A stretch of 59,663 bases of DNA, the filler included, from Dimargaris cristalligena (Eukaryota), in NCBI GenBank assembly GCA_003614675.1. It is 2 parts of 2 records of this genome, joined end to end, with 100 filler letters (N's around TTAATTAATTAA, not from the genome) between each part and the next. Parts side by side here need not be neighbours in the genome. Positions count along the whole stretch, not along the records: positions 1 to 29,800 come from ML002472.1; 1 more part is not named here. One strand, given 5' to 3'. Below, piece by piece: positions 11,550 through 24,066 of the stretch. A program made the position numbers and the translations under genes. Every line of letters starts with the position of its first letter. The first letter of the stretch is position 1. The notes under the pieces were generated by a model. The model was not told the origin of the DNA and did no database searches. It saw only the letters and a program-made list of their open reading frames with translations.

Positions 11550-14500
11550 GTTAGGGTATGGAAAAGAGAGTGGGGAAGAGAAAAAGGGTATGAATGGAAA
11601 AGGGGTGAACGAAGGAGAGAAAAAGAGAGAGAGGTCGACAGACTAGACTATGAAGTACAGGGGGAAGGAGAACAGTGCAGTATATGTGTGGAACGCGAGT
11701 ATATATATATAAATATATATAGATTGGGGGACTTGAAAACTATACAGCAGAGAGAGACCCACAGATTGATGGAATAGTATAAGTAGAAGAACAAAGAAAG
11801 GAGTCCAACGAAGGGCAGCGACCGACGAATAAAATATACACAGGATACCGACGAGAATAGATGCTATGGAAACTAACTATACACCACTTCTACGAAGGGT
11901 AGCGGGTCTTTATAGGTGCGGTATTGTGTACGCCTATCGGAGAATCCTATCAACTTCCTTCCTCCACCCAGCTTGGGGCCTGTGGTATCATTATGGCCCG
12001 GGGCCTGGTCGATGGGGTGTGGTGTGGCCCCAACCTTGGTCCGCGATTCTGCAGACCTTCCGTTCCTTCTCTTTATTCGCCCGCATAGAAGAAAGATGTC
12101 TCTTCTTCTAGCCAAGGTCGCCGGTAGTTACTCTCCGTTCCCCTTTCCGCTCTATAGGTATTGGGGACTTCAGCAGATCGACATTGGGCAGCTGGTATAG
12201 GACTAAACATGGGCTCATAGAGCACAAAACAGCCCATTCCGATGTTTGGGAACCAAAAGTTCAACTCCAGGGGACATGGTTGCTATACTCCGCCCCAACC
12301 AAATCACCTATACGACAGTTATCGCTTTATACGGTTCGCAGGCCGCCAGGATGCCAATTGCTCGAGCCCCAGTACCCACCCACACACCCGTCCCGACCTA
12401 TTTAGGGGAAAATAGGGTCGTTTGGGGGCCACAAGTCAACACTGAGTCCATTAAAAATGAACTTAAATAACGTTGCCGATGGATCTCCCCCTGTGGAACG
12501 ATGACCGGGGCCTGGACCACCTCCCCCCCTTTCCGGTTCGAGCATTCCCCGGGCCTCTGGTTTTCTTACCCCAATCGCTCGCAAGAAATTTAGATTCGAT
12601 TCATTCACCCCCCCCCCTACAATCTACAGGACCACCCCCACCGAGTCCTCGGTATCCACCGCCTGATGAGCTATGGTTTAAGGGTCTTCCGCTTCCTTAC
12701 CCTTTCCCGTATGCCCCTCCAACGGTTCAAATAATAAAAGGTGAGTATCAAAGTGGGTGAATGGGTCACTTTAGGTGTACCCTTGACTGCCGCCCTGTCC
12801 CTTTGCCCATCGGTATCCCCTCACCCTTAGGAGGGAGTACCACACCTTGACCTCGTTTACCAACTATTCCACCCAACTTATACTTTAAAGTAGACCATTA
12901 TCATCTCCTCTCCTAAACAGTTCCAGACCAACTGTCGCGAAACGAGTGAATAGGTGAGTGTGGGAAGGAAACAATGACGGGTAGGCCTGGTGATCACCAC
13001 ACCCTCCCCATTCATCGGTGGAGAGTACCTTAACATTGATTGGGAATACCACCCTTAATTAGGCCTAGAAAAACGATGGACTTGCCTTTTTGCCTTGCCC
13101 TGTCTGCCTTCCCCAACCGCATCGGATTCCGCAACCCTCTTCTGTCCCATCCAACGACCACCACCATCAGCAGCAGGCCATGCAAGATACGAGGAGGAGG
13201 AGGAAGGGAGGGGGGCTGATAGATAACTTATATTGTGTCTCAGTCGCCACGCAGCCCGCCTATTCTCGCATCTTATGCAGGGTGGTGACTGGGTTTTAGA
13301 CTAATTGGCCCTCTATCTAACTCCTCTAACCCCTCAACCTCCCATATCCTTCAGCCTCGTCCATTCCAAACTAACCTAGGCTAGTCCAAGACCCAACACC
13401 CTTAGTAACACCACCAGGCAGGCGTCTCCCACGCTCAACAATACAAAAGCAACCCACTGAGTTCCTTGAAACAGGCCTCCATCGGCAAGTGACATCCTAT
13501 ATTTACCATATGAAATAACAAGCCCGACACTAATGGCCAAAACATGAGAATTAGTTTCAATGAATTGGCCGAATTACCTTATTCGATTCCCGGATTAGGA
13601 AGACTTTGGCCATTTCGTTCAGCTAACTTCCTAGGCTGATGTTCAATTTACCATGGAATCTACTACTACCCGCGACATGTCTATTACATTATATTCCCAC
13701 TCCCATTCTGCCCGCCCCAACCCAATCGGCCATGTATACCTGAAAGTGGCCAGTATCCCAAACGCCTAGCAGACTACCTATAGTCTGCCCTTCTATTCCC
13801 TCTAACTAGGAAACTCCCACTGCCCTAGACGCTGACATTTTCGCATAATGCCCAGGCTAACAGTACTACTAACAATGGGGTCGCCTTAACAAGGTCCTTG
13901 GGACCTTATCCATAGTTTATTCCTGCACGTTAAAAATAGACAACAGCCTCTCCTCCGGAATAATGCAACGTGACACTGCCATTCGTTTCACTGGTGCGTG
14001 CATCCCTATTACTTTATTCGTAACCCGTACCCCTCGGTCTGTTTAACGCAGGGCGTGGGTGGCAACATACACTTTTATTTTTGCTTGGCAAGGACCGTGG
14101 CTGATTGTTCCTGTATTCAAATCATACTTTGTGTATTTTTCGCATGCCGATCTGGTTGAATCGGTGAAACACCCAATTGTCTATATTCGGAGTATGTCAA
14201 TGGACGGTAGCACGGAAAATTAATCAAGAATATGGGCGGAAGGCCACCAAGCCCAAGATTTGATTTGTGCCAAAGTGAATTTTATTTAGAGGTAACCAAA
14301 AAACGACACCCGTTTTAACGTCGATAATGATAGTAATTTATGGACTAATGAAGCTGGGGCATTGGAGCAGTCTGTTGGGCCATCATCCTCCCGAAACCAT
14401 CGGCCCTGTGCCCTGGTTGGTGTACCTTGATTAAGGTGGTATGTACGTGGCAGCAAGGGATTGCCACCACATAAATTACTTCCAGTCCTCGACTACACTC

Positions 14501-14607
14501 ACTCACCCGACTACGACACCAGCGCCATTGAGGGCTATTGTCGTTGTATATATTCGATGGTATAATAGAGATGGGGGAGATGAACAAGGTTGGTTGTATG
14601 AGTCGTG

Positions 14608-16794
14608 CTACTCACTACGTTCGCCTGTCTGACCCCGATCCCGGTCCCGGCGCCATGCCTCGATACGTTTCTGCAAATCCAAGTCCGGCCGAATGTCCGA
14701 CCAAGACATAGGTATGCCTGTGAATGGATCTCGAGCTCGGGTGGTAGAATTAAAATAGCGCTGGAGTATATATAATACACACGGAATACAAAGTTACACA
14801 TCAAATACAGGCATAGTAGGCGGCAGTCCAATGACGAGAGTGGTGACACGTGGCGAGTTAAGGAATAACCATCTGCCCATGGAAGGGGGGGGGTGTATGT
14901 AAGGTGGCCAACCCGCATAGTATTTAACGAATTCGGTGTGGACAGTGATCGAACGATATTGGGGAGTAAGTAAGTACATGGAGTACAAACATAAAAAACA
15001 TCTCCTCTAAGAAACACGGGTAGAGAGTATAGCAGAGAGGATATTAGTAGAGTAATCACACATGTTGCCCGATGGTAACCGCTGGGGATTCTTCACCACT
15101 TCGTAGGTGAGGGCATCCAGAAAATCGGCAGGGACCACTTCCTCGACGGGGTTTGCGGTGCGCTCGTTAATTAGATGGTGTGGAGTCGGGCTATCATGGT
15201 GAGAATTGCAAATTGGCTCAGTTGGACTAGACGAAGGGGACTGAGATTCGCCTGACTTTACATATTCCTCCCCCGCACCGGTTGGGCTACTATTGGCGGT
15301 GGTGGTCATCGGTTGGTCTATTAAGCCCCACACTTGAAGTGATTGAAGAGCCACCAACGAAGGGCCGTGAACACTAGTAATGTAAAGGTCTAATCGGGCT
15401 ATCCGGTTTAGGTTCCGAGGCTCGCGTTGAAAATGGTACCATTGGATTTGGTCACCACGCTATTTCACCGTAGAGATTGGCGAAGAGTAGTGTAATTGAA
15501 TAAAAAAAACACAATGTGCGATAAAATGGGAGAGAGGTATCATAATAAAATAGGGCAAAGCTGTCGTTGTAGTTTACCGCCATTGTTAAAGAACCCAAAC
15601 CAGCTATTCTATCGAACTAGATCGGTACGTATATTATAGAATAGCTTACTGGATAGATTTCCGCTATTTGCTGACGGACATCGAAATCGGGAATAGGTTT
15701 CGAGCTACAAAGGCCTAGAATCTAGTTCAATGAATAGTTATTTTCAAACCTATCTCTATTTATATTAACCCATCGACGGCAGTAGTGAAGATTAGGGGTG
15801 GGTACGCAAGGAGCCACTAGGAAAATCAAAAATTAGACATGACTTACCCTTTGTTTATTAGTATTCGTAGGTGCCGGGACGTTGAAGGTGCCTAGGCTCA
15901 TGGGTACAGGCGGCCGAGGCTGATGGAGGGGACCAAGCGACTGAGATCCAAATTTGGTGGCATAAGGGTGGTGGTGATGACGATGCTGATGGTGGCGGTG
16001 ATGACGTTCATTATAGTGACGGTTTGGACCCGAGCTGGATGGGGCAGGTCGTGGCGCATATGTAAATTCAACTCTGACAGATCGAACACAATAATGCCCC
16101 ACCTGAGGCTGGAGACTTACCCCCCATAGATAAATGGGTGCTCTATAGTGGTTTTTATCGATAAGTTTAGTATTATAGGGTATAACGTCCGCCAAGCACA
16201 CGGAGTTGGTTAGGTTGATTGAAGAGTATGGTGAGTGTCTTTGGCTAGGCGATATGTAATTCAGCAGCAAACCGATTTTATAAACGAAATCACCGATGGG
16301 TGGTCAGACGATGTTATAATAGCAAACCTGTCTAATAGCCCACTTAACCCTCGCTTATAAATTCCTACCTAAATTCTAGACTGATTTTTACAGGCGGCTT
16401 AACAAAACTTTCGGCCATAAAACTGACGGGCTTTGACATTACATCTATAGTATCTAATAGCGCAGCACAAGTGAACAGGAGTGGGATTGGGAAGGGGGTG
16501 GGGATATAGAACTAATACAATGCTATAAGTGACTGTCCTATTTATATCTAACAATACTATGATTTGGAACTCCGGGCCGACCCGACAGGAAGGGGTGGGT
16601 ATAAGAGGCAATTGCGGGATGCCTATATAGATAGATAGATAGATATTCTTACTAGAATAGCCCAATGGGTCGCTATGGTTTGAATTAGGGACGGGTGAGA
16701 GAAGGTTCTCCACTTCATGGCCGTCCCGAGTGGGGGTGGGCTCACACGAAATGGCTTGGAGGTAATTCGGTTGGACGAGGTTAACGACATGCAT
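14608..16794 (-). CDS. UBOX5/RNF37-like U-box E3 ligase; exons 16794-16653, 16444-16369, 16142-15848, 15721-15650, 15459-15045, 14765-14608 (~385 aa); 3' end somewhat uncertain
   Basis: N-terminal DGHEVENLLS, FMAESFVKPPV and LQSLQVWG resemble the UBOX5 N-terminus. U-box reads PADFLDALTYEVVKNPQRLPSG..CDYST|IQRYF..RDPFTGIP..RPDLDLQKRIEAW. All exon phases are consistent. Confidence 0.8.
14766..15044 (-). other. U12-type (minor spliceosome) AT-AC intron, 279 nt
   Basis: 5' site ATATCCTCT at 15044; TTCCTTAAC at 14865-14857; 3' TATAC ending at 14766. Splicing joins A|TC to give DYSTIQRYF, matching U-box spacing. Confidence 0.8.
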
Positions 16795-19425
16795 GGCAGG
16801 AGCGGGCCCAGAAACGGAGAGATAGATAAGAGAGAGGTACGTATATATACAATCGGAGGAAGATGTGCTTCTATTGGCCTTTCCCTACAAAGTAAAGACA
16901 ACTAGTAAGTAACAGCATCCGAGTCGGCCATTCAAAAGGGCTGGTCGGGGGGATTCCCAATGAGCGGGTTTGGGTATGTGGTGGTGGTGGAGGAGGGTGA
17001 GAGAATGTAGTCGCCAGTAAGGCTGGGTGGGAGCGGGCCCATGGCCCATTGGTCCCCTCCATTTCTCCCTCTTGAGTACCCAACCAGTTTTGAAAGACGC
17101 TCCGGGAGCCCTCAGCGACACCGTTGCCCTGGAAGAACACAATACGACAGCTTACAGGTTGTGCGTTTCTTTCGTTATATATTAAGGCGGTACGCACAGG
17201 TGGAGTCCACCCAAATGCGCTTTATATTAATTAAATGGGTGCGGCGTCCTTTTTCACCATGTGGGGACCTCTCCCTAAACCTCTCACCCATACTGGCGTA
17301 TAATTCAAAAGAAACAGAAATATATATATTCACTGGCATGGACACGCATGGCACTCTGTTAATAAAAGAATACGTGCGACTGACACTACACTGACTAGGG
17401 AGAGAGAGAGAGGTTCAGCCAAAGGAAAACAGGGTGTGGGAAGGCGAGGAGAAATTAGGGAGCAAGAGTGGACCGCTCTGCTAAATTTAGATTTCTTCAT
17501 TTAAGTTCAGCGGGCTCCATTCCCTCGCTCTACACTGCTCCTCTTCGGCTCCCTGCTGCCCGTCCGGTGAATCGGCCACCCTCCGATCTAGAAGAACTCT
17601 CCGCCACTATACTTACTTGCACCGGTCCCGCCTGCCTCCCCCATACGACCTGGCCTAGTATAGCTCGTTCATACCCGAGGCGCGAGGGCTGTTTTCTTCT
17701 TCCTCTTCTTCTTCTTATTATTCTTCAGTGGAGCTCTCTCAGTCACACCGCTCCCATGCCATCAACACAGGTGATGCGACGGAAGACTCCCGCCATCTGT
17801 GCCAGCTGCCGCCGACACCTGCACCCGACCCATCGACGAGAGCACTCCTCCATACATTTTCTTACCCCTGTCTTGAATTTTTCCGACAGTCCGAATGACG
17901 ATTGGCATTGACAAGCTGCACTCACCTAACCGGGCCAGCACTATGACCTCCCCTCCTTCTCTCTTTCTCTCACATGTACATTTCTCCTTGGATCCTCCTC
18001 CCACCCCTTGGCCAATTATAGACAGTGGTGGCGGTAGTGAAATATATAACACGAGTGTAGACGAGAGAGGATAAGTAAGACCAGCGATGCACACCCCTTC
18101 CTATTATGCATACCGCCCGCCATCTCCTTCCAGGCAACCAAACCAGTATGGGGCGAGTTAAGAGTTAGGGTTAGTAGAAGGGTGTTGTCTGTCCGCTCAT
18201 CGGGAGCCAACTTCCGGGACCCAATGCCCCGAGTCCTGGGTTTTGGTGCGGCGGATAAAATAGATTAATCACTGTAGTAAAGATCCCGGTGGTTTGGGAG
18301 GTTAAAAGCAGCAGCGGCCCCAATGAAAGAAGGGTGGAAGAGAGCGAACAAGACGAAATGGGGTGAGAAGGAACAAGCTGATCCCGCTCGGCTAATCGGG
18401 AAGTATTTGACTTGCTCTTTAGAGGCAGGGAAATGAGAAAGGAGATGCACCTTAATGCAATTAGCCAAGAAGAGCGCATCCTTTCCGTATTCTCTCTCCT
18501 TTCGGCTCCCCCTATATCTCCCATACATGTTCGGATGCTTTTCATTCTCAGCTCCAGCTTCATATTCAGCTTCATTTTCATACTGAAACACTCGACCGTT
18601 TTAACAACGACCACCAGGCCGAATGTGGCATGTACACCGACAGGGAGATAGACCACCCCCCGCGCTCATTCACCCCCCTCCCCATTTGGTGCTTCTATAC
18701 ACTACGGGTATCGGCCAGCCGGACGGGCTCGTTGCCCCTCTTCAGTCACGACTTCTCCTGCAGCGACATCCCCATTTAAGTGACATTGCCAGGTTGAAGA
18801 GGAGGAGAGGGGGTCATCAGACGTAGAAGTATTTAAAAAGGCCAGGTGGCCTCGCAGCGCTGGAGCTGCAGTGTCCTTGATCCTGCTGTAACAAGTCGCC
18901 GCTTTGATTCGCCCGGTCCAACCCTCGTCGCCATCCCCTCCCCTCTCACTTTCTACTTCCAGATATATCCCTTCCTTATGAGCACCCTTGGTATTACTAG
19001 CAGCTAGAATACCCAACTATACATTTCTACAGCCTATATTTATTACTATTGCCTTTTTTTCTATAACGTTCAGTACCACTCACCTGCCATTGTTTGAAGA
19101 TCTATTTTTTGCTTTTAATGTTCAATACCCGTAATTTGAGCCAAATCTGATACACTCCCGCGCTGTCCCCCGTTTATTTAATCCTCCCCTGCGTGAGCCC
19201 TTCTCATCAAATTTCCCTTCTCCTTCCCTTTTATTTCCACACAACTCCGTTGGATTTCGGTCGTATCTTGGGTTGTGATTTCCTTCTCTCTCGCTCTCTC
19301 GTTTTCCTCTCCCTTTCCTTATATCACGCTGGACCTGCAATTATAAGCCGCGGTTCTTAAAATTTTTCTACCCCTCGCTCTCCGCCTTACTTCCTCTCAC
19401 CGCTGTTCGAAGAAGATTGTCCACC

Positions 19426-21463
19426 ATGTTCCGCCGTAAAGCCACCGCCGCTACCCTCACCCAACTCGTGGGCCTCCCTCTGCGCCGCCTCGACGGAGTA
19501 TCGGCCGACGCCACTCCGGAAACCACCACTATCCAAAGCCAGTCGCTCTGGGCGTCGCGCCCCGTGCTCGTGTTCGTCGTTCGCCGTCCGGGCTGTCTGC
19601 TCTGCCGCGAAGAGGCCCACACCTTAGCTGCCCAGCGGGCCACCATCGAGACCGAACTCGGTGTCACCATGGTGGCGGTGGTGCACGAAGAGCTAGGGGC
19701 CCTGGAATTCCAGGAGCAGTTCTGGCGCGGTCCGTTGTATCTGGATTCGGAAAAGGGCTTCTTCAAGGCCATCGGTGGGGGCAAACTGAAGTGGTCGTCC
19801 GCGTGGACCATGCTGCTGCCCAGTGTCTTCAAAAACGGGCGGCGGGCGACTAAGGCCGGGGTCAAGGGTAACTTCAAGGGCCAGGGCCGGTAAGTCAAAC
19901 AGAGAGGGTGGTTTTCCCCATCCCTTTCTCCCTCACTCATTCTTTACATTTCCGTCATGTATTTAGCCACACTGCTTTCGGTAATGAGGGAGGTTCGTCA
20001 ATTGGACGCCAAGGGCTGCTGAATGGAGGAGCATACCGGTGTCTCTTCTACCAGGGGGATCCATCAATGTGAATTGCGGAGAGGTGATATTTGGTGGTGG
20101 TGGTGTGTGGGTATGTGAGACAGCGTGGATATAAGATGGTCTTGTTGATTTGCCGAGAAATGGGGCGAGAGAATACCTCCAGCCTTGGCGTGGATATTTT
20201 TTCGCCCCCTCTGTTTCTCTTATCTTCGGCAGTGTATTGAACGGCGGGGGCCGCTGGGGTTGTGTTCTATACCCACAGTTGAATTAGAGCCGGTTTGGAA
20301 GGTGGTGAAGATCCCTCTCCCGCGCCCCCCAGTATATAGAACAGCTCGTGAAGATCCCTCTTTACATTCATTTCTAATATACCTTGTCAAATTCCCGCCT
20401 ACCACTTCTTCAGCTTTCCTCAAGCATTAGAGTAGGGTAGAGGAAGAGGGTGGGGACTAGACAGTGGTGTAATAGGACGGATGGTGTAGGGGATTGGTTG
20501 GTTCAATTTCGGGCATTCTTCAGCTGCCTGTTGAATTAACCAATCCCTGACTGCACCGTGTCGTCATGGCGCTATACGCAGTGAGGGATAGTCAATAATG
20601 GTTCTCGGCGGCTGCTTGAAACAAGCGACATGGCTTCTTAGTCGAATTTCTGTATTATTTGAAGCAGCACACACATCCCGCGGAGGGCTATTCCTCCTGA
20701 CTCACCCACCACTCCTCACTTACCAGCTGTGTGGCCTGCTCTTATTATCGCTGATCTACTCCAAACGTGGGAGAGTCAGCGGAGGTATACAGCGCCATTA
20801 TCCGATCCTTGACAATCCAGGTGACGTACAAAAAAACCACAGTCAATTTACGACACATACGCGCCCTCATTCACCATTCTTTGGCCACTAACAATTCTCA
20901 AGCGCTACTCTGTTCATATCAATTCCCTCACCGATGATACCTCACCGCCCTCTCAATATACAAATAGCATCATGGGTGGCTTGTACATTGTCAAGCCGGA
21001 AGATCGAGGCATCGCCTTCGAGTACAAGGAAAAGGTCTTTGGTGACCACGCCCCCATTGATCAGGTCCTGGCCGTCTGTCGAGAAATTTCTAACGGTAGT
21101 GGAATTAATGGTGACAGCAACGACCATCCCGCTGACGGAGCCGAGGCCTTCCATTCGGATGAGCCAGCGGCTCCCACGGCTGCCCCGACTGAAGCTCCGA
21201 TCGGTCTGCCCGCCATCGCTCCCATCTCCTCCGAGGAAACCTCAGTGACTCCGCTTGCCAAGGAGGAGGGTTCAGCCGACGCGCCCGTCTCGGATAACAC
21301 TCCCGCCCCGAAACCCCAACCCGAATCGGCGTCGACTGCCCAACAGCTTCCGCCTACCGCTACTACTGAACCCATCACTCTGCCCCCCATGACGACCGGT
21401 GATGAGCCAGCCCGTCTGTCCGTTCCCCCCAAGTCGGCCGTGGCTGAGCCAACCACCGCTTAA
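19426..21463 (+). CDS. Peroxiredoxin-like 2A / AhpC-TSA family protein (Cys homolog of selenoprotein U) with Pro/Thr/Ala-rich tail; exons 19426-19889 and 20968-21463 (~319 aa)
   Basis: VRRPGCLLCREEA CxxC motif, then GPLYLD, GVKGNFKGQGR|IMGGLYIV and EKVFGDHA. GTAAGT...TAG intron of 1078 nt, phase 2. Confidence 0.9.
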
Positions 21464-22734
21464 TTTAGGGTGCGACCAATCGGCCAATTAATCTCCCTTT
21501 CCCCTTTATAACCTTACTTCGCTCTCTCTCTCTTACAGCACCTGGGAATAGTTTATCCCTTAATATTTACGTAGTTCTTCTATTCATTCGTGCCTACGTT
21601 TCTCTATCACCCACCCCTATATCGCACACATACTGGCTTATTTTTGCCCCCCTAATACTATATTATTGGGCATCCTAGTGCTTCAATACTACGAGTACAG
21701 TACACCCTCCTGTGGGAATCAATCTGTCTTTCCACACCCCCTCCTAATGTTCAGGTGAGGCAGATTCCCTCTTTTATTTTTTCGTTTACCTGATATATAC
21801 TTGGTCGGGTCTAATTAATATCACATTTGATCTCTTTTTTTTGTATCTCCTTAATCTCTTCGAGTATGGAAAGAGTTCATTCCTTTATTAGTACTACTGC
21901 CGCATCTATTGTATCAGATTGACATTATCAATCCTGCCATTTTCTCTATGTCTTTTGATCCATTTTTAATTGTGACGAATTGTAATGAACATTTATCTTT
22001 TTCTCCTTGAGATTGAGGTGTCTTTGACGTCTGAAAGTTTTTGTGAAGGAATGATGCGTGCGCCGCCATAGCCGAGGGCGATATTCAATGTTATGGGAGC
22101 TTACTTTCCTCTGGCCAGTTAAACTAACTTTTAGTACACTTTTAATCCGGTCAAATATGGGTTCTGTAGCCATAGTATTTCCACTAAACTGGATAATATA
22201 AGTAGATCCAAAATATAAATGGGGAATGGCCAAAGGGCCAATAGTATATTTGAATACCAGTGTAATACTGGTGTATATGTATCACCCAGATTCGTTTTTA
22301 TATTGGTTCACATCGTCCACTCTCTTAATACATAGGATGGGACAATTCGACCAATCATCATAACCAAAAAATCTCCCAGCGCGTCATATTTTCCCCCTTT
22401 AACTTCTGGCCATTGGGTTAGGGCGATGAAAAGAGCCACACGTTTGAAAGCAATTCACCCTCATGCATTAGTGCGTTTATTTACCATCTACAGATTTCCT
22501 TCCTAACCCTTCCACGCATTGCTTCTCCCATTCTTCTCATTGACTATCAATATTTATTTACTTTTATTATCCCATTCCCCACCTATTCTTCCTGATACGC
22601 CATTGTTGGCCACAGCCCCGGTCCGCTCACCCTTGATCTCTCATTTCAGTCGCAGTCCGCCAATTCCCAATAAATTCTTCCCACAGCCCAAACCTTGTTC
22701 CCCCATTAACCCTATATATATATATATATACTCC

Positions 22735-24066
22735 ATGGAGGACATTGGCCTTTACCTCCAGGATTTCGTATCCTCACTCGACAACCTCCCCTCGGAAATC
22801 CAGCATTACTTCACCGAACTCAAAGCCCACGAACAAGAATTCCAGCAAATCCGCCGCGGCATCCACCAACGCGAAAAGACTTTCCAAACCCATCTACGAA
22901 CGCACGGTTACGCCGCTGACCAAATCCACCCCCAGGAGGCCCAGCTGATCGCCAAAAGCCACCGGGATTTCCAAAAAGCCCAGGATATCGCGGACGAGAA
23001 AACGGCCATTGCGCAGCGGGCGTTGGAATTGGTGCAACGGCACCTGAAACGGTTGGACGGGGATCTGAAGCGCCACGAACAGGAAGAGAAACACCAGCGC
23101 GCGGGTGGAGGAGGAGGATCCATGTCGTCGGCCTTGCATGGTTATGCTAACAGTGGTAGTGGCAGTGGTACCCCCGGGTCGATGGGCTGGGGCGGGAGGC
23201 TGAATAGCAGCACTCTGCATTCGTACGGCGGTGGATCTCAGTCGGCGTTGTACCGGGCGGGAACTGCATTCGATTCTACTTCAGGCGGCGGTGGCGGGGG
23301 CGCACCCGCTACCCCGGCCACTCCACTGGCCTTCGGTACGGCGGCGGGTCGGACCCTGGACGCGTCATATTTGGGCACCCCTACTCCCTTCGCAACTGGT
23401 GGGACGTCGCTCGCAGCCGCTAAATCGGCGGCGGCCGGTACAGCTACTGCGGCATCATTGGCCGCGAATGAATCGTTAGCCACCCCTTCCCGCCAACAGA
23501 AACGTAAACACGGGGCTATAGCTGCGGGGGCAGGAGGTGGAGGAGCTGGGTCCACGGAGACAAGTGTGGATAACACATCTAGTGGCCTTACTTCCGTCGC
23601 TACTCCAACCACCGGTGCGGCTGGTTCAGGTCGAGCATCCACCCCCCAAGCATCCGCTTCCGCCGGGGGTGCCGGTCGGGGCCGTGGAGCGGCCACAAAA
23701 GGTCAGCGCAAACTCAAAGGACGGCAGACTGCCGCACAGGCCCAACTGGACGGACAATCAGCGGGAACCTCGTCATCGACCACGTCCACAGGGGCGACCG
23801 ACGATACGAACGGCGGAGCAGGAGGAGCCGGTGGATCCCACCAGAATATCCACATCATCGAGAACATTGACACTGCGGCCGGAATCGAACCGGACGAACC
23901 CTTGTACTGTATCTGCCAACAGGTATCCTACGGCGATATGGTGGCCTGTGATGGTAAAAACTGCCCCCACGAATGGTTCCATTACGATTGTGTGGGGTTG
24001 ACGGCGCCGCCGAAGGGAGCTTGGTACTGCGCAGATTGTTTAGCAAGTCGGAAAATGGTCAAATAG
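22735..24066 (+). CDS. ING-family (Yng2/Png1-like) chromatin protein, ING N-terminal coiled coil + PHD finger (~443 aa)
   Basis: [18 protein letters not shown]...EKTAIA...RHLKRLD and [43 protein letters not shown]. The ATG at 22735 is the likely start, not the TTG at 22519. Confidence 0.93.
   Translation: MEDIGLYLQDFVSSLDNLPSEIQHYFTELKAHEQEFQQIRRGIHQREKTFQTHLRTHGYAADQIHPQEAQLIAKSHRDFQKAQDIADEKTAIAQRALELVQRHLKRLDGDLKRHEQEEKHQRAGGGGGSMSSALHGYANSGSGSGTPGSMGWGGRLNSSTLHSYGGGSQSALYRAGTAFDSTSGGGGGGAPATPATPLAFGTAAGRTLDASYLGTPTPFATGGTSLAAAKSAAAGTATAASLAANESLATPSRQQKRKHGAIAAGAGGGGAGSTETSVDNTSSGLTSVATPTTGAAGSGRASTPQASASAGGAGRGRGAATKGQRKLKGRQTAAQAQLDGQSAGTSSSTTSTGATDDTNGGAGGAGGSHQNIHIIENIDTAAGIEPDEPLYCICQQVSYGDMVACDGKNCPHEWFHYDCVGLTAPPKGAWYCADCLASRKMVK

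Noticed and set aside
14345-14587. Cys/His-containing ORF as the missing UBOX5 RING
   Set aside because: Cys/His spacing does not fit a RING and no splice path joins it in that frame.
19580-19615. Selenoprotein U (Sec) in the PRXL2A-like gene
   Set aside because: Both CxxC positions are Cys codons (TGT, TGC); no in-frame TGA.
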